A stretch of 39,934 nt of DNA, from NCBI GenBank assembly GCA_021785055.1, contig JAJYGS010000024.1, positions 1-39,934 of the forward strand, read 5' to 3'. The notes below the pieces were generated by a model. The model ran no database searches. It saw only the letters and a program-made list of their open reading frames with translations, and was not told where the DNA came from. The translations under genes and the position numbers were made by a program. Of the stretch, positions 8,416-17,338 are shown piece after piece; the stretch's first letter is position 1, and the number at the start of each line of letters is the position of its first letter. Origin of the DNA: Nitrospirota bacterium (GTDB taxonomy: Bacteria > Nitrospirota > JACRHJ01).

Positions 8416-9114
8416 CTATGAGATGATTTCAGGCTTGACCCTGCTGATGAACCTTACAGCCACCCCCGTAACCAGGGCCTCTATAATCCAGCCTATCGGG
8501 CCGAGGCCAAGGGCGGCAATCGCAAAAAATTTGAAATTGAACCCCGTGTTTATCTTCAGAAGCCCGCCCAGCGCCTTCGCGGGATGCGTCTCTATAATAT
8601 CCCGTATCTCGCCGGACGACGGCAGGCTGAAGTTTATATTCGCGAGATAGACAATAAGCAGCATGAGGCATGTGGACATGAAGAGCGTAATGACCGTCGC
8701 GGCGGCGGCGGATTTGCCGGGTTTCGCCATTCTTCGGAAGACGGAGAACAACAAATAGCCCATCACCCCCTCGAAACCTATGACAATCGTATTCAGGCCG
8801 ACGGTCGTTACCCCGCCGTGCCCAACCAGCGAGAGGATAAAGTTTACTATGAACGCGGCCACGATAGCCAGCCAGGGGCCGACTATAATGCCGGTTATGA
8901 CGGACAGGTTTACGTGATACGCAATCGGGGCCATCTCAAGGCTCATCCCGACGAGCATCATCGCGGACATCATGCCGAGGAGCGGCACCTTCTTTTTTAA
9001 GTCAACCTTCCGCACCATGAAAAGCGACAGGGCGACGGCTATCGCGGCTATAACATAGCCCGTCAGCCAGAACCATACCGGAAGGACACCGTCCGGAATA
9101 TGCAGGTGAGACAT
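8416..9114 (-). CDS. cbiM: Cobalt/nickel ECF substrate-capture component CbiM/NikM
   Basis: 232 aa, about 6-7 TM. N-terminal HIPDG signature (MSHLHIPDG). The ATG shares 1 nt with the upstream stop (TAATG). Confidence 0.8.
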   Translation of the reverse strand: MSHLHIPDGVLPVWFWLTGYVIAAIAVALSLFMVRKVDLKKKVPLLGMMSAMMLVGMSLEMAPIAYHVNLSVITGIIVGPWLAIVAAFIVNFILSLVGHGGVTTVGLNTIVIGFEGVMGYLLFSVFRRMAKPGKSAAAATVITLFMSTCLMLLIVYLANINFSLPSSGEIRDIIETHPAKALGGLLKINTGFNFKFFAIAALGLGPIGWIIEALVTGVAVRFISRVKPEIIS

Positions 9115-9485
9115 TACGGCCTCCCTTTGAAGAAGTGGAACTCGGCGTCGAGAAGTATCGAGATGAACCAGCTGACGAGGCTGATTACGAGCGCGCCCCA
9201 GAAGGCCGGCCAGAAACCTGAGACCTCAAAACCCGCCACGGCCCACGAGACGAGCTTCAGCATCAGGGCGTTTATCACAAGCGTAAAGAGCCCAAGCGTA
9301 AGGATATTGAGCGGCATGGTAAGTATTATCAACACCGGCCTGATGAAGGCGTTGACAATCCCCAGGAGCGCGGCTGCCGTAACGCCCGACCAGAAGTCGA
9401 GGATATGGATGCCATAGACCAGGTAGCCGGCTGCGAATACCGCGAGCGAGTTTATGAGCCATTTTGCGAACAGCCTGAGTATCAT
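9114..9485 (-). CDS. DUF360 / phage-holin-family-IV-like 4-TM membrane protein (YvlD-like)
   Basis: 123 aa. NAFIRPVLIILTMPLNILTLGLFTLVINAL...GFEVSGFW matches the YvlD/DUF360 pattern as I recall it. Confidence 0.65.
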   Translation of the reverse strand: MILRLFAKWLINSLAVFAAGYLVYGIHILDFWSGVTAAALLGIVNAFIRPVLIILTMPLNILTLGLFTLVINALMLKLVSWAVAGFEVSGFWPAFWGALVISLVSWFISILLDAEFHFFKGRP

Positions 9486-9487
9486 TT

Positions 9488-9961
9488 TTAACCGGCGGAT
9501 TTACCTTCCACCCTGTTCAGCAGATAATAAGAAAAGACCAGCACCAGCACTATAGCGGCGCTGACCCCAAGCTCCTCAAGAGAATAATAGTCTGAGTGCC
9601 CGTTCATGGACATCTGCGCCTCCAGCATCAATATCCGCCGCAGACTCGAAATAATGCCGATTCCCAGAAAAGGCTTCAGCGAAAACTCCTGGCGTTTGAG
9701 ATACCTGATAACCGTCCAGAAAAGCTCCATTATAATCAGGACGAACAGGATGTCGTTTATAATCAGGAGTATAGAAGATACATTTACGGCGGCGAAGTCT
9801 GTGGCCGTAAATATCAGCATGAAAACCGCGGATAAAAGCAGCGCGAGCGCCACAAAAACGTGCACCGCGTCATCCGCGTAAATCAATATCTTCCGTATCC
9901 TGGAGATCAAACCTTGCGACCCGTGCTCTTTTTCATATTCCTTGGCCATCCGGTCCTCCAT
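9488..9961 (-). CDS. PsiE-like (phosphate-starvation-inducible E family) membrane protein
   Basis: 157 aa, 4 predicted TMs. The LIIMELFWTVIRYLK segment resembles the PsiE family. Assignment is from memory only. Confidence 0.5.
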   Translation of the reverse strand: MEDRMAKEYEKEHGSQGLISRIRKILIYADDAVHVFVALALLLSAVFMLIFTATDFAAVNVSSILLIINDILFVLIIMELFWTVIRYLKRQEFSLKPFLGIGIISSLRRILMLEAQMSMNGHSDYYSLEELGVSAAIVLVLVFSYYLLNRVEGKSAG

Positions 9962-9985
9962 GCGTAATACTTCCGTAAATCAAGG

Positions 9986-10014
9986 AATATAGCATGGGAA
10001 CATATCCATGACAA
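9986..10014 (-). promoter_or_regulatory. Predicted sigma70 promoter for psiE-like/DUF360/cbiMQO operon (TTGTCA-17-TATATT)
   Basis: Minus-strand TTGTCA (10009-10014), 17-nt spacer, TATATT (9986-9991), about 25 nt upstream of the ATG at 9961. Confidence 0.45.
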
Positions 10015-10077
10015 TAAAAATAATACCAGAACGGAATGCTTCCGGCAAGGGAACGGGCAAAATACCGGCATGTTTTC

Positions 10078-10106
10078 TTGACTAACGCATTAAATTAAAA
10101 TATCAT
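10078..10106 (+). promoter_or_regulatory. Predicted sigma70 promoter for queD-pmbA (TTGACT-17-TATCAT)
   Basis: TTGACT 10078-10083, 17-nt spacer, TATCAT 10101-10106. It sits 39 nt upstream of the queD ATG. Confidence 0.5.
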
Positions 10107-10145
10107 TAAAAGGTTACCCATATCGAACAATCCGAGAGGCAGGAA

Positions 10146-10514
10146 ATGTATGAACTGATGATAGAGACGAAATTCGCCGCCGCACACCAGCTCCGCAATT
10201 ACGGCGGCAGGTGCGAGAGGCTCCACGGCCACAACTGGAAGGTTGTGGTCTATGCGGTAGCGGAAAACTTAAACGAGATAGGCCTGGCGATGGACTTCAA
10301 GGAACTCAAGGACAACACGAACGAATTGCTTTCCATAGTCGAACATGCGTTCCTTAACGAGGTGTTCCCGTTCACGGAGATTAATCCATCCTCGGAAAAC
10401 ATCGCAAAATGGATATACGAGGGCCTGTCCAAAAAGATCAACACGGAGAGCGTCCAGGTATCGATGGTAACCGTCTGGGAATCCGATACCGCTTCCGCAA
10501 GCTATTATGAATGA
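10146..10514 (+). CDS. queD: 6-carboxy-5,6,7,8-tetrahydropterin synthase (PTPS family)
   Basis: 122 aa. FAAAHQL...CERLHGHNWKV zinc/His motif and typical QueD length. Confidence 0.85.
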   Translation: MYELMIETKFAAAHQLRNYGGRCERLHGHNWKVVVYAVAENLNEIGLAMDFKELKDNTNELLSIVEHAFLNEVFPFTEINPSSENIAKWIYEGLSKKINTESVQVSMVTVWESDTASASYYE

Positions 10515-11871
10515 AATAAAAAAACACGATGAAATAATCCTGGGCGCCGCGGATGACGCAGCGAAGGTCCTGCGCGAAAAAGGAGCAAAAAGCTTCGACG
10601 TATACGTCCGATGGAACTCCTCCATAAGCGCCGAGGCCAAAGATAAGAAGCTTGACGCCTTCGAGCAGGCCCAGAGCTGGGGCGCGGGCATCAGGGCGCT
10701 CCTGCCGGACGGTCGGCTCGGCTTCTCGTTTGCCGCCGGGTCAATCGACGCGGTGCGCGAGGCTGCTTCGATGGCAGTGGAGAACGCGCGCAACTCCGAG
10801 CCGGACGACTCCAACAACATACCTCTCCCCTCAGTTGAGGCGTTCCCGGAGATAACGGAATACGACGAAGAGGTCGCGGAAATCTCAGCAGATTACGCCA
10901 CGGCCCGCGCGATAGAGCTTGAAGAAGCGGCAATGTCCTACGACCCCAGGATAACGAAGGTGCGCAAGGCGTCGGTATCCGCTACTTCAGCCGGGTGGGT
11001 AATACTGAACTCCGAGGGCCTGAAGGCTGTCTCCCGCGGCACATGGCTGTCCTGCGGAATAATGGCCGTCGCGGAAGAAGAAGGCGACTCCCAGATGGGC
11101 TACGGGTTCGACTATTCCCGCAGGCTGTCCGGAATGGACTATCAGGCAGCCGGGGCCGAGGCGGGAGAAAAAGCCGTAAGCCTGCTTAAGGCCCGGAAGA
11201 CCCCTACAGGGAAATTCCCCGTGATACTTGAGAACCTGGTCGCCTCGGAATTCCTTGGGACGTTTGCGTCGTCGTTTTCGGGCGAGTTTCTCGTGAAGGG
11301 CCGCTCGCTCCTGGCCGGGAAGACGGGAGAAAAAATATTTTCCGACGCCATAAGCATCATCGACGACGGGACGCTCCCCGGGTGCATATCCACCCGTCCT
11401 TTCGACGACGAGGGCATCGCATCGCGCAGAAATATACTGGTGCAAGGCGGGGTTTTTAAGGGTTTCCTTCATAACGCCTACACGGCGAAAAGAACGGGCG
11501 GCGCCTCGACGGGCAACGCCGTCCGGGGCGGTTTCCGCTCCGCGCCCGGAGTCGGCCCCGCAAACCTCTACATCGAAAAGGGCGCATTAAACAAGGACGA
11601 GCTTATTAGCCGGGTAAACAATGGGCTTCTGGTGCTCGAAGTCCTGGGTATGCACACGGCAAACCCGATATCCGGCGATTTTTCGGTGGGCATCGCCGGG
11701 TTATGGATAGAAAACGGCAGGGTCGCATATCCCGTGCGTGAAGGCGCAATCGCGGGGAATCTCATTTCAATCTTTTCAGGAATCGACGCGGTCGGGAGCG
11801 ACCTGCGCTTCGCCGGCAGGCTCGGCGCGCCGTCGCTTCTGCTTAAGCCTATCTCCGTCAGCGGGAGCTGA
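10507..11871 (+). CDS. pmbA: TldD/PmbA-family metalloprotease component (PmbA-like; no HExxxH seen)
   Basis: 454 aa. C-terminal LLVLEVLGMHTANPISGDFSVG...ENG is typical of the family. 8-nt overlap with queD. Confidence 0.8.
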   Translation: MNEIKKHDEIILGAADDAAKVLREKGAKSFDVYVRWNSSISAEAKDKKLDAFEQAQSWGAGIRALLPDGRLGFSFAAGSIDAVREAASMAVENARNSEPDDSNNIPLPSVEAFPEITEYDEEVAEISADYATARAIELEEAAMSYDPRITKVRKASVSATSAGWVILNSEGLKAVSRGTWLSCGIMAVAEEEGDSQMGYGFDYSRRLSGMDYQAAGAEAGEKAVSLLKARKTPTGKFPVILENLVASEFLGTFASSFSGEFLVKGRSLLAGKTGEKIFSDAISIIDDGTLPGCISTRPFDDEGIASRRNILVQGGVFKGFLHNAYTAKRTGGASTGNAVRGGFRSAPGVGPANLYIEKGALNKDELISRVNNGLLVLEVLGMHTANPISGDFSVGIAGLWIENGRVAYPVREGAIAGNLISIFSGIDAVGSDLRFAGRLGAPSLLLKPISVSGS

Positions 11872-13129
11872 GCTTATCATACATCCCGTCATCCGTACAG
11901 ACCACCTGCGCCTTACCGCCGCTGAATGCCGCCCAGGCGCGCTCCCGGCGGAAATAAAGCGTTACAATCGAGCCGAACATGACGACGCAGGAGGCGATGA
12001 GGGCCAGGAGGGCGCTTGGGTCGCGGTTGATGTCGAAGACGCTGTAGGAGAGCATGTCGAGGTCGGCGAACTTTACGTCCACGTCGGAGTTGTGAAAGGT
12101 ATCGTTCTGCGGCATCTTGAGGAATATCCAGCCGGAGGACTCCGGTTTTCCGTTATTTAGTAAGGTTATCATCGCCGCCGGGTTCGCAAATTCGTCCGAC
12201 TGCGAATATGGCGCGCCGCTTTCGTCTACCGCAAAGTCGCTTACGAAACCGTCCACCCGAACCCTGTAAGGCGTGCCGGGGATTTCCGCATAACCCGCCG
12301 TTTTCGGTATTTTCAGGTATCCTCCGGTCTTGCCGGATTTTACCGACGCCCTTATGACTATGCCGTTTAAATCCTGCCCGAAATCACGCTGATATATCGC
12401 CCCGCCGCGCACGAACATCGGCCTGTTCGCGCCCGCGACGGCGTGTTTTATAACGCTTCCGTCGCCCCTCAGCGCGGTAATATCGCTCCCGTAGTCCTTT
12501 AGGCTTCCGTCGGCCCGGTAGTCCACCCGCACCTTGTTAAGCCTGAGGTAATAATTGCCCTCCGGAGCCTTGATTGTCCGGCCTTCGTTTATCCTGACGC
12601 CCCCGTGCCTGTAGCCGGACACGGCGCTTATCAGGTGCGCCACGAGCACGAGAACGACGCCGATGTGCACGACATACGGAATAAACGGCAGCCACCGGTT
12701 CTTCTCGGCGAAGAGCAGGTTGTCCTGTGCGAATACCCTGTATCCGCCCCTTGCAAGCCTTGCGGATAATTCCGCATCGGAAATCTCGATTAAAATTCCC
12801 TTTTCTCCGCCGGCCTCCACCTCGCGAAGGTTAGAGAGCGGCTCCCTGTATTTTTTTACTACCTTCGGCAGGCGCTCGATCGTGCAGACGGAGGTGTTGA
12901 TGCCGAAGAGCAGGACGAGGAATATAAGGAGAAATAGCCACCATGACAGGGAAAGATGACCGATGCCCGTCGTGAACAGGAACGGGAAAAAAATGTTCAT
13001 ATCCATGTCCCCGAAGATTTGGGGATGGAAGTAAATCACGAACGAGCCGTACATGGCGACTGCGGTTATCGCCAGGACGAGATATACGGTAAGTTTCAGG
13101 GAGTTGAAAAAATCCCAGAGTCGTCTCAC
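11858..13129 (-). CDS. ccsB: Cytochrome c biogenesis protein ResB/CcsB (system II)
   Basis: 423 aa. N-terminal FFNSLKLTVYLVLAI, large soluble domain, C-terminal TM. GTG start. Adjacent to ccsA. Confidence 0.8.
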   Translation of the reverse strand: MRRLWDFFNSLKLTVYLVLAITAVAMYGSFVIYFHPQIFGDMDMNIFFPFLFTTGIGHLSLSWWLFLLIFLVLLFGINTSVCTIERLPKVVKKYREPLSNLREVEAGGEKGILIEISDAELSARLARGGYRVFAQDNLLFAEKNRWLPFIPYVVHIGVVLVLVAHLISAVSGYRHGGVRINEGRTIKAPEGNYYLRLNKVRVDYRADGSLKDYGSDITALRGDGSVIKHAVAGANRPMFVRGGAIYQRDFGQDLNGIVIRASVKSGKTGGYLKIPKTAGYAEIPGTPYRVRVDGFVSDFAVDESGAPYSQSDEFANPAAMITLLNNGKPESSGWIFLKMPQNDTFHNSDVDVKFADLDMLSYSVFDINRDPSALLALIASCVVMFGSIVTLYFRRERAWAAFSGGKAQVVCTDDGMYDKLSSR

Positions 13130-13142
13130 AATAAACGGCCCC

Positions 13143-13922
13143 TTAGAGTTGATGCGTGTTCTTCATAAAAATACCGACGCCTATATACGTGAACATGGTT
13201 ATGGCGAAGCCGAGTATAGAAAGCCAGGCGACCCCCCTGCCGCGGAGCCTCTTTACGTAATAGGCGTGCAGGAACCCGGCATAGAATATCCAGATAAGGA
13301 ACGACCACATCTCCTTCACCTTCCACAACCACCATGTCCCCCAGGCGAGATATGCCCAGATGCCGCCCACGACCATTGAGATTGTGAACAGGACGTAGCC
13401 GTAATAGGCCGTGCGGAAGACAAGCTCCTCAAGCCGCCTTCCGGCCTCGGGCCTGGAGACGAGGTAAAGCGTCGCGCCCGCGAAAGACGCCCCGAAGAAA
13501 CCGTATCCTACGAAGGCCGAGCCGACGTGCGTCGTGAACATCCATGTATCGAGCGCGGGATAAAGCGGCGTGATCCGGCTGGGGGATATGCTTACCATGA
13601 ACATCACCAGCGTGGCCAGGGGCATGAGGAAATACCCGATACGGAACTCCCTGTAGCGTATCCTGACGTACCAGTATACGAAACCTATCGACCAGGCGAA
13701 CGAGGCGAGAGACTCGTACCTGTTGGCCATGGGGGCATGGCCGGACTTAATCGTCCTGACGGCGAGCGAAACGGTTATGGCCGCAAAATATAAAAACGCC
13801 AGCGCTTCGGCAACGATGAGCGCCGGCTTTTTTGAAACCGCCAGCCTGAGCAGAAACGCGAGGCCCGCGCCCACGGAAAGCCAGAGAGCCGCTTCGCGCG
13901 CGACCGACTCGAGGTTATGCAA
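13143..13922 (-). CDS. ccsA: Cytochrome c assembly protein CcsA/ResC family (atypical WWD motif)
   Basis: 259 aa, polytopic. Trp-rich GGIWAYLAWGTWWLWKVKEMWSFLIWIFYAGFLH. TTG start 2 nt after the upstream stop. Confidence 0.75.
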   Translation of the reverse strand: MHNLESVAREAALWLSVGAGLAFLLRLAVSKKPALIVAEALAFLYFAAITVSLAVRTIKSGHAPMANRYESLASFAWSIGFVYWYVRIRYREFRIGYFLMPLATLVMFMVSISPSRITPLYPALDTWMFTTHVGSAFVGYGFFGASFAGATLYLVSRPEAGRRLEELVFRTAYYGYVLFTISMVVGGIWAYLAWGTWWLWKVKEMWSFLIWIFYAGFLHAYYVKRLRGRGVAWLSILGFAITMFTYIGVGIFMKNTHQL

Positions 13923-13924
13923 TT

Positions 13925-14188
13925 TTACGGGCGCCTTTCAGGCGCGGGCTGCTGGGGAATGAACGAATAATTCTCCAGTTCATCCTCGTATTTTCTGCGC
14001 CAGACGGAGTGCTCCTTGAGCCAGATGGAATAGTCCTTCATATTGGCTATGCCGTGCGCCTTCATAAAACCCGCCTCGGTGATATTACTCATGTTCGCCG
14101 GGCACTTCTTCTGGGGAGCTCCCCAGGAAGAGTGCATGAAAAGGCCAAGGGAGAGAATGATTACGGCAAGCTTCAGAAAATTTTTCAT
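13925..14188 (-). CDS. Hypothetical small secreted protein (87 aa)
   Basis: Signal-peptide-like MKNFLKLAVIILSLGLFMHSSWGA, SD GAGGAAG upstream. No CxxCH motif. Tightly coupled to ccsA. Confidence 0.5.
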   Translation of the reverse strand: MKNFLKLAVIILSLGLFMHSSWGAPQKKCPANMSNITEAGFMKAHGIANMKDYSIWLKEHSVWRRKYEDELENYSFIPQQPAPERRP

Positions 14189-14205
14189 AACTTCCTCAGT
14201 CTTAT

Positions 14206-14223
14206 GGATTTACCGGAATGACA
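14206..14223 (-). repeat. Degenerate/truncated copy of the GTCATTCC repeat family
   Basis: Minus strand reads TGTCATTCCGGTAAATCC. It shares the 5' arm TGTCATTCCGG and an AATCC end but lacks the centre. Confidence 0.4.
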
Positions 14224-14282
14224 GGCTTTCTTGTATTGGAATATTAATACAGGCCGATGAATTATTCAAGAGGAATTACGGA

Positions 14283-16496
14283 TTAAGCCTTGCGCAGGCG
14301 AAGGGAGTTGCTCACGACGGACACGGAAGAAAGGGCCATGGCGGCTGCGGCCATTACAGGCTTTAAGAGAATCCCGAAGAAAGGATACAGGACTCCCGCG
14401 GCCATGGGAATGCCGATGGTATTATAGAAAAACGCCCAGAACAGGTTCTGTTTTATCGTCCTCAGTGTCTTTCGGCTTATCTCAAGGGCCTCCGCAGCCC
14501 TTGTCAGCTCCGGCTTGATAAGCATTATGTCGGATGCCTCGATTGCGGCGTCCGTCCCCGTCCCCACGGCAATGCCGATGTCGGCCTTCGCAAGCGCGGG
14601 CGCGTCGTTTATGCCGTCCCCCACCATTGCTACAATCTTCCCCTTTGCCTGAAGCTCGGATATTACCTTCTCTTTCCTGTCCGGCAGCACTCCCCATATT
14701 ACGTTTTCGACGCCTACCTTCCTGGCTACCGCCCGCGCCGCAAGCTCGGCATCCCCGGTAAGCATTATGACGTCCAGCCCAAGTTCCTTAAGCCTCCGTA
14801 TGCCTTCGACGGAGCCTTCCTTTACGCCGTCGGCAATCGCTATAAGACCTGCCGGTTTTTTGTTTTTCGCGACGAATATGGAGGTATAGCCTTCCCGGGC
14901 GTAACCGGACTCGGTCTCGGCGAACGGCGCCGTATCCACACCGTTTTCGGCCATGAGACGGGCATTCCCTATAAGCACCTCTTCGTCCCCCACCCTTGCC
15001 CGCGCCCCGTAGCCAGGCAGGGCCTCGAAACCCGTAGCCGGGGATATTACGAGGTTTTCCTCCCTTGCTTTCTCCGTAACCGCCAGGGCGACTGGATGTT
15101 CGGAGTAGTTTTCCACGGATGCCGCAAGGGCGAGGAAATCTTCATTGTCGTCCCCCAGTTCCTTGAGCGCCATAACCCTGGGCCTGCCTTCCGTTACCGT
15201 CCCGGTCTTGTCCAGGACAATCGTATCCGCCTTGGCATACCGTTCCAGGACGTCCCCGCCCCGGAATATTATGCCTTTTTCTGCGGCCCTGCCCGTCCCG
15301 ACCATTATCGCCGTGGGCGTGGCAAGCCCCATCGCGCACGGGCATGCGATTATAAGCACCGCGATGAAGGCCAGCAGGGCGAACGTAAAGCCCGCCCCGG
15401 CGGCGAGCCATGCCCCGAAGGCTATAAACGCCACTACTATGACCGACGGGACGAAATATGCCGCCACCGTGTCCGCGAGCCTCTGTATCGGCGCCTTGGC
15501 GCCCTGGGCCTCTTCCACGAGCTTTATTATCCCGGCCAGGACGGTGTCTTTGCCCACCCTTTCGGCCTTGAACCTGAAGCTCCCCGTCAGGTTCAGCGTC
15601 CCGCCGAACACGGTCTCTCCCTCGTCCTTTTCCACGGGCAGGCTCTCGCCTGTGAGCATGGACTCGTCCAGGGACGAAAATCCCGATATTACGGCCCCGT
15701 CTACGGGCACTTTCTCGCCTGGCCGGACGATCACCTCGTCTCCCGGCATCACGTCTTCCGCCGATATTTCGACCTCCTGCCCGCTTCGCACGACCCTCGC
15801 CGTCCTGGGGGAGAGCTTCATAAGCCGCTTCACGGCCTCGGACGCCTTGCCCTTGGAGCGGGCCTCAAGGAACTTCCCAAGCAGTATGAGCGCTATAATC
15901 ATAGAGGATGTGTCGTAATAGACGGCGCTTCCGAACCCGGCGAAGGCGACCGGGAAGAAGGTAATGATTGCGCTGAAGAAATAGGCCGTGGACGTGCCTG
16001 TGGCTATCAGGACGTCCATGTTGGCGCTCCCGTGGGACAGCGTTCCCCACGCGCCCCTGTAGAACCGCCGGCCCGCCCAGAACTGCACGGGCGTAGCGAG
16101 CAGGAACAGGATGAAATCGAGCGTTCGATGAGAAACCGGCATGGATACGCCGTGAAACGAGGACGCCATTATAACGGAGCTTGCGACTATGCTGAAAACG
16201 ACCTTTATCCTGAGATCCCGAAGCTCCTGTCCCTCCCTGGCCTCTTTTACCTCCGGGGCGGCCTCTTCCTTTTCGAGCACCTGGTAGCCGGTCTTTATTA
16301 CCGCTTCCTTCAGCTCGGCCTCGGATATCTCTCCCGGCACGTATTCCACGCGCGCCGTCTCGGACGCGAGATTTACATTCGCCGAGATTACCCCCTGTCG
16401 CTTCTTCAGCGCCCGCTCCACCGCCGCAGAGCATGAGGCGCAGGTCATTCCACCGACATTCAGTGTGCTTACAGCCGTTTTGTTATTATTTGTCAT
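14283..16496 (-). CDS. copA: Copper-translocating P1B-type ATPase
   Basis: 737 aa. N-terminal HMA domain GMTCASC, TM CPC motif ([11 protein letters not shown]), DKTGT phosphorylation site, GDGINDAP hinge. Confidence 0.95.
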   Translation of the reverse strand: MTNNNKTAVSTLNVGGMTCASCSAAVERALKKRQGVISANVNLASETARVEYVPGEISEAELKEAVIKTGYQVLEKEEAAPEVKEAREGQELRDLRIKVVFSIVASSVIMASSFHGVSMPVSHRTLDFILFLLATPVQFWAGRRFYRGAWGTLSHGSANMDVLIATGTSTAYFFSAIITFFPVAFAGFGSAVYYDTSSMIIALILLGKFLEARSKGKASEAVKRLMKLSPRTARVVRSGQEVEISAEDVMPGDEVIVRPGEKVPVDGAVISGFSSLDESMLTGESLPVEKDEGETVFGGTLNLTGSFRFKAERVGKDTVLAGIIKLVEEAQGAKAPIQRLADTVAAYFVPSVIVVAFIAFGAWLAAGAGFTFALLAFIAVLIIACPCAMGLATPTAIMVGTGRAAEKGIIFRGGDVLERYAKADTIVLDKTGTVTEGRPRVMALKELGDDNEDFLALAASVENYSEHPVALAVTEKAREENLVISPATGFEALPGYGARARVGDEEVLIGNARLMAENGVDTAPFAETESGYAREGYTSIFVAKNKKPAGLIAIADGVKEGSVEGIRRLKELGLDVIMLTGDAELAARAVARKVGVENVIWGVLPDRKEKVISELQAKGKIVAMVGDGINDAPALAKADIGIAVGTGTDAAIEASDIMLIKPELTRAAEALEISRKTLRTIKQNLFWAFFYNTIGIPMAAGVLYPFFGILLKPVMAAAAMALSSVSVVSNSLRLRKA

Positions 16497-16509
16497 GGCC
16501 TATCACAGC

Positions 16510-16533
16510 AAAAAAGGGGCTTTTTCAAGCCCC
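16510..16533 (-). terminator. Rho-independent terminator after ytxH, 13 nt upstream of the copA ATG
   Basis: Minus strand GGGGCTT-GAAA-AAGCCCC (7-bp stem, GNRA loop) followed by TTTTTT (16510-16515). Confidence 0.75.
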
Positions 16534-16578
16534 CGGACAAGGCAGAACACTTGTTTTTTTAACCCGCCAGAAAGCTTT

Positions 16579-16893
16579 TTACACCCGGCTGTGGAGACGG
16601 GCCTTCTCCTCTTCCATGGCCTTTTTGCCGACCTCTACTGCGCTCTGGAGAGCCGGTTTTTTCTCTTCCATGTATTCCCGTCCGCGGCTTAAGGTATCCG
16701 CGATTTTGAGCTTCGCGCTCTGGCCCGCGCTCCAGATCTTGTCCTTTGTGTCTCCGGCGAGCTCGCTAATCTTTTCCCTTGTCTCGCGCCCGGACTGTGG
16801 GGCCGTCAGAAGCGCTATGCCGGCGCCGACGATGCCGCCGACAAGAAACGAAAGAACCAGAGAACCGGTTGAAAAGTTCTTTTCTTCGTACAT
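16579..16893 (-). CDS. YtxH-domain general stress protein
   Basis: 104 aa. N-terminal TM then LLTAPQSGRETREKI, the hallmark YtxH motif. Confidence 0.65.
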   Translation of the reverse strand: MYEEKNFSTGSLVLSFLVGGIVGAGIALLTAPQSGRETREKISELAGDTKDKIWSAGQSAKLKIADTLSRGREYMEEKKPALQSAVEVGKKAMEEEKARLHSRV

Positions 16894-17307
16894 TTAAGCC
16901 ACCTCCTTCTTTTTCCATGACCTGAGGTTTTCGACCAATGTCCGCACCCCGGCCTTTATCCCGGCCAGGTACGCCGCCGCATCGATTAATGGATCCCGTA
17001 TGTTCTCGTTTATTATGGCATTTATGCCATTGACCGTGCCGGTTACCGCATCTACCGTCCCCTCGACTTTTTCGACCCCGGTCTTTGCCGCCGCGACGAT
17101 TCCGTTTACCTCTTCTATCGTATTCCTCACGGAGCCGACCAACGGCATTATCTCCGCGTTTATCAACGTCTTTACGGAACCGTTCAGGTCGTTTAAGGTG
17201 GATTCAATGGATTTCAGCGTGCTTTTCAACTGGATTATTGCCGGAACAAGAGCCAGTACCGCAACAGCAAAGGCAATGGCTATTATCAAAACCGCCGCAG
17301 GAACCAT
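16894..17307 (-). CDS. DUF948-like membrane-anchored coiled-coil protein
   Basis: 137 aa. N-terminal TM followed by repetitive L/V/N/T-rich helices (TLNDLNGSVKTL..., VEKVEGTVDAVTGTVNGI). Typical partner of YtxH. TAAATG junction. Confidence 0.55.
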   Translation of the reverse strand: MVPAAVLIIAIAFAVAVLALVPAIIQLKSTLKSIESTLNDLNGSVKTLINAEIMPLVGSVRNTIEEVNGIVAAAKTGVEKVEGTVDAVTGTVNGINAIINENIRDPLIDAAAYLAGIKAGVRTLVENLRSWKKKEVA

Positions 17308-17338
17308 TTCAAAATCCCCCCTTTGATTTAAATATACC

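Noticed and set aside
9962-10014. Cobalamin or NiCo riboswitch upstream of the cbi operon
   Set aside because: The leader between the predicted promoter and the first gene is only ~25 nt, and internal gene junctions are 0-2 nt. There is no room for a structured aptamer.
10107-10145. Possible preQ1 riboswitch in the ~39-nt queD leader
   Set aside because: I looked for the preQ1-I features: a 5-bp P1 stem, a CCC loop and an A-rich tail pairing into a pseudoknot. AAAAGGUUACCCAUAUCGAACAAUCCGAGAGG has no convincing P1 or A-rich tail. Only the self-complementary GGUUACC is present.
14232-14268. AT-rich palindromes TGTATT-N8-AATACA (14232-14251) and TGAAT-T-ATTCA (14258-14268) downstream of copA, considered as CopY, Fur or Zur-type operators
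   Set aside because: The spacing and length do not match the cop box (TACAnnTGTA) or the 7-1-7 Fur-family boxes. They are short enough to occur by chance in AT-rich intergenic DNA and may only be weak 3' hairpins.
15096-16436. 446-aa + strand ORF (plus 15145-15918 and others) antisense to copA
   Set aside because: It lies entirely within the strongly supported copA CDS on the other strand. The translation is Arg/Gly/Pro-rich low complexity, typical of antisense frames in GC-rich DNA, with no motifs.
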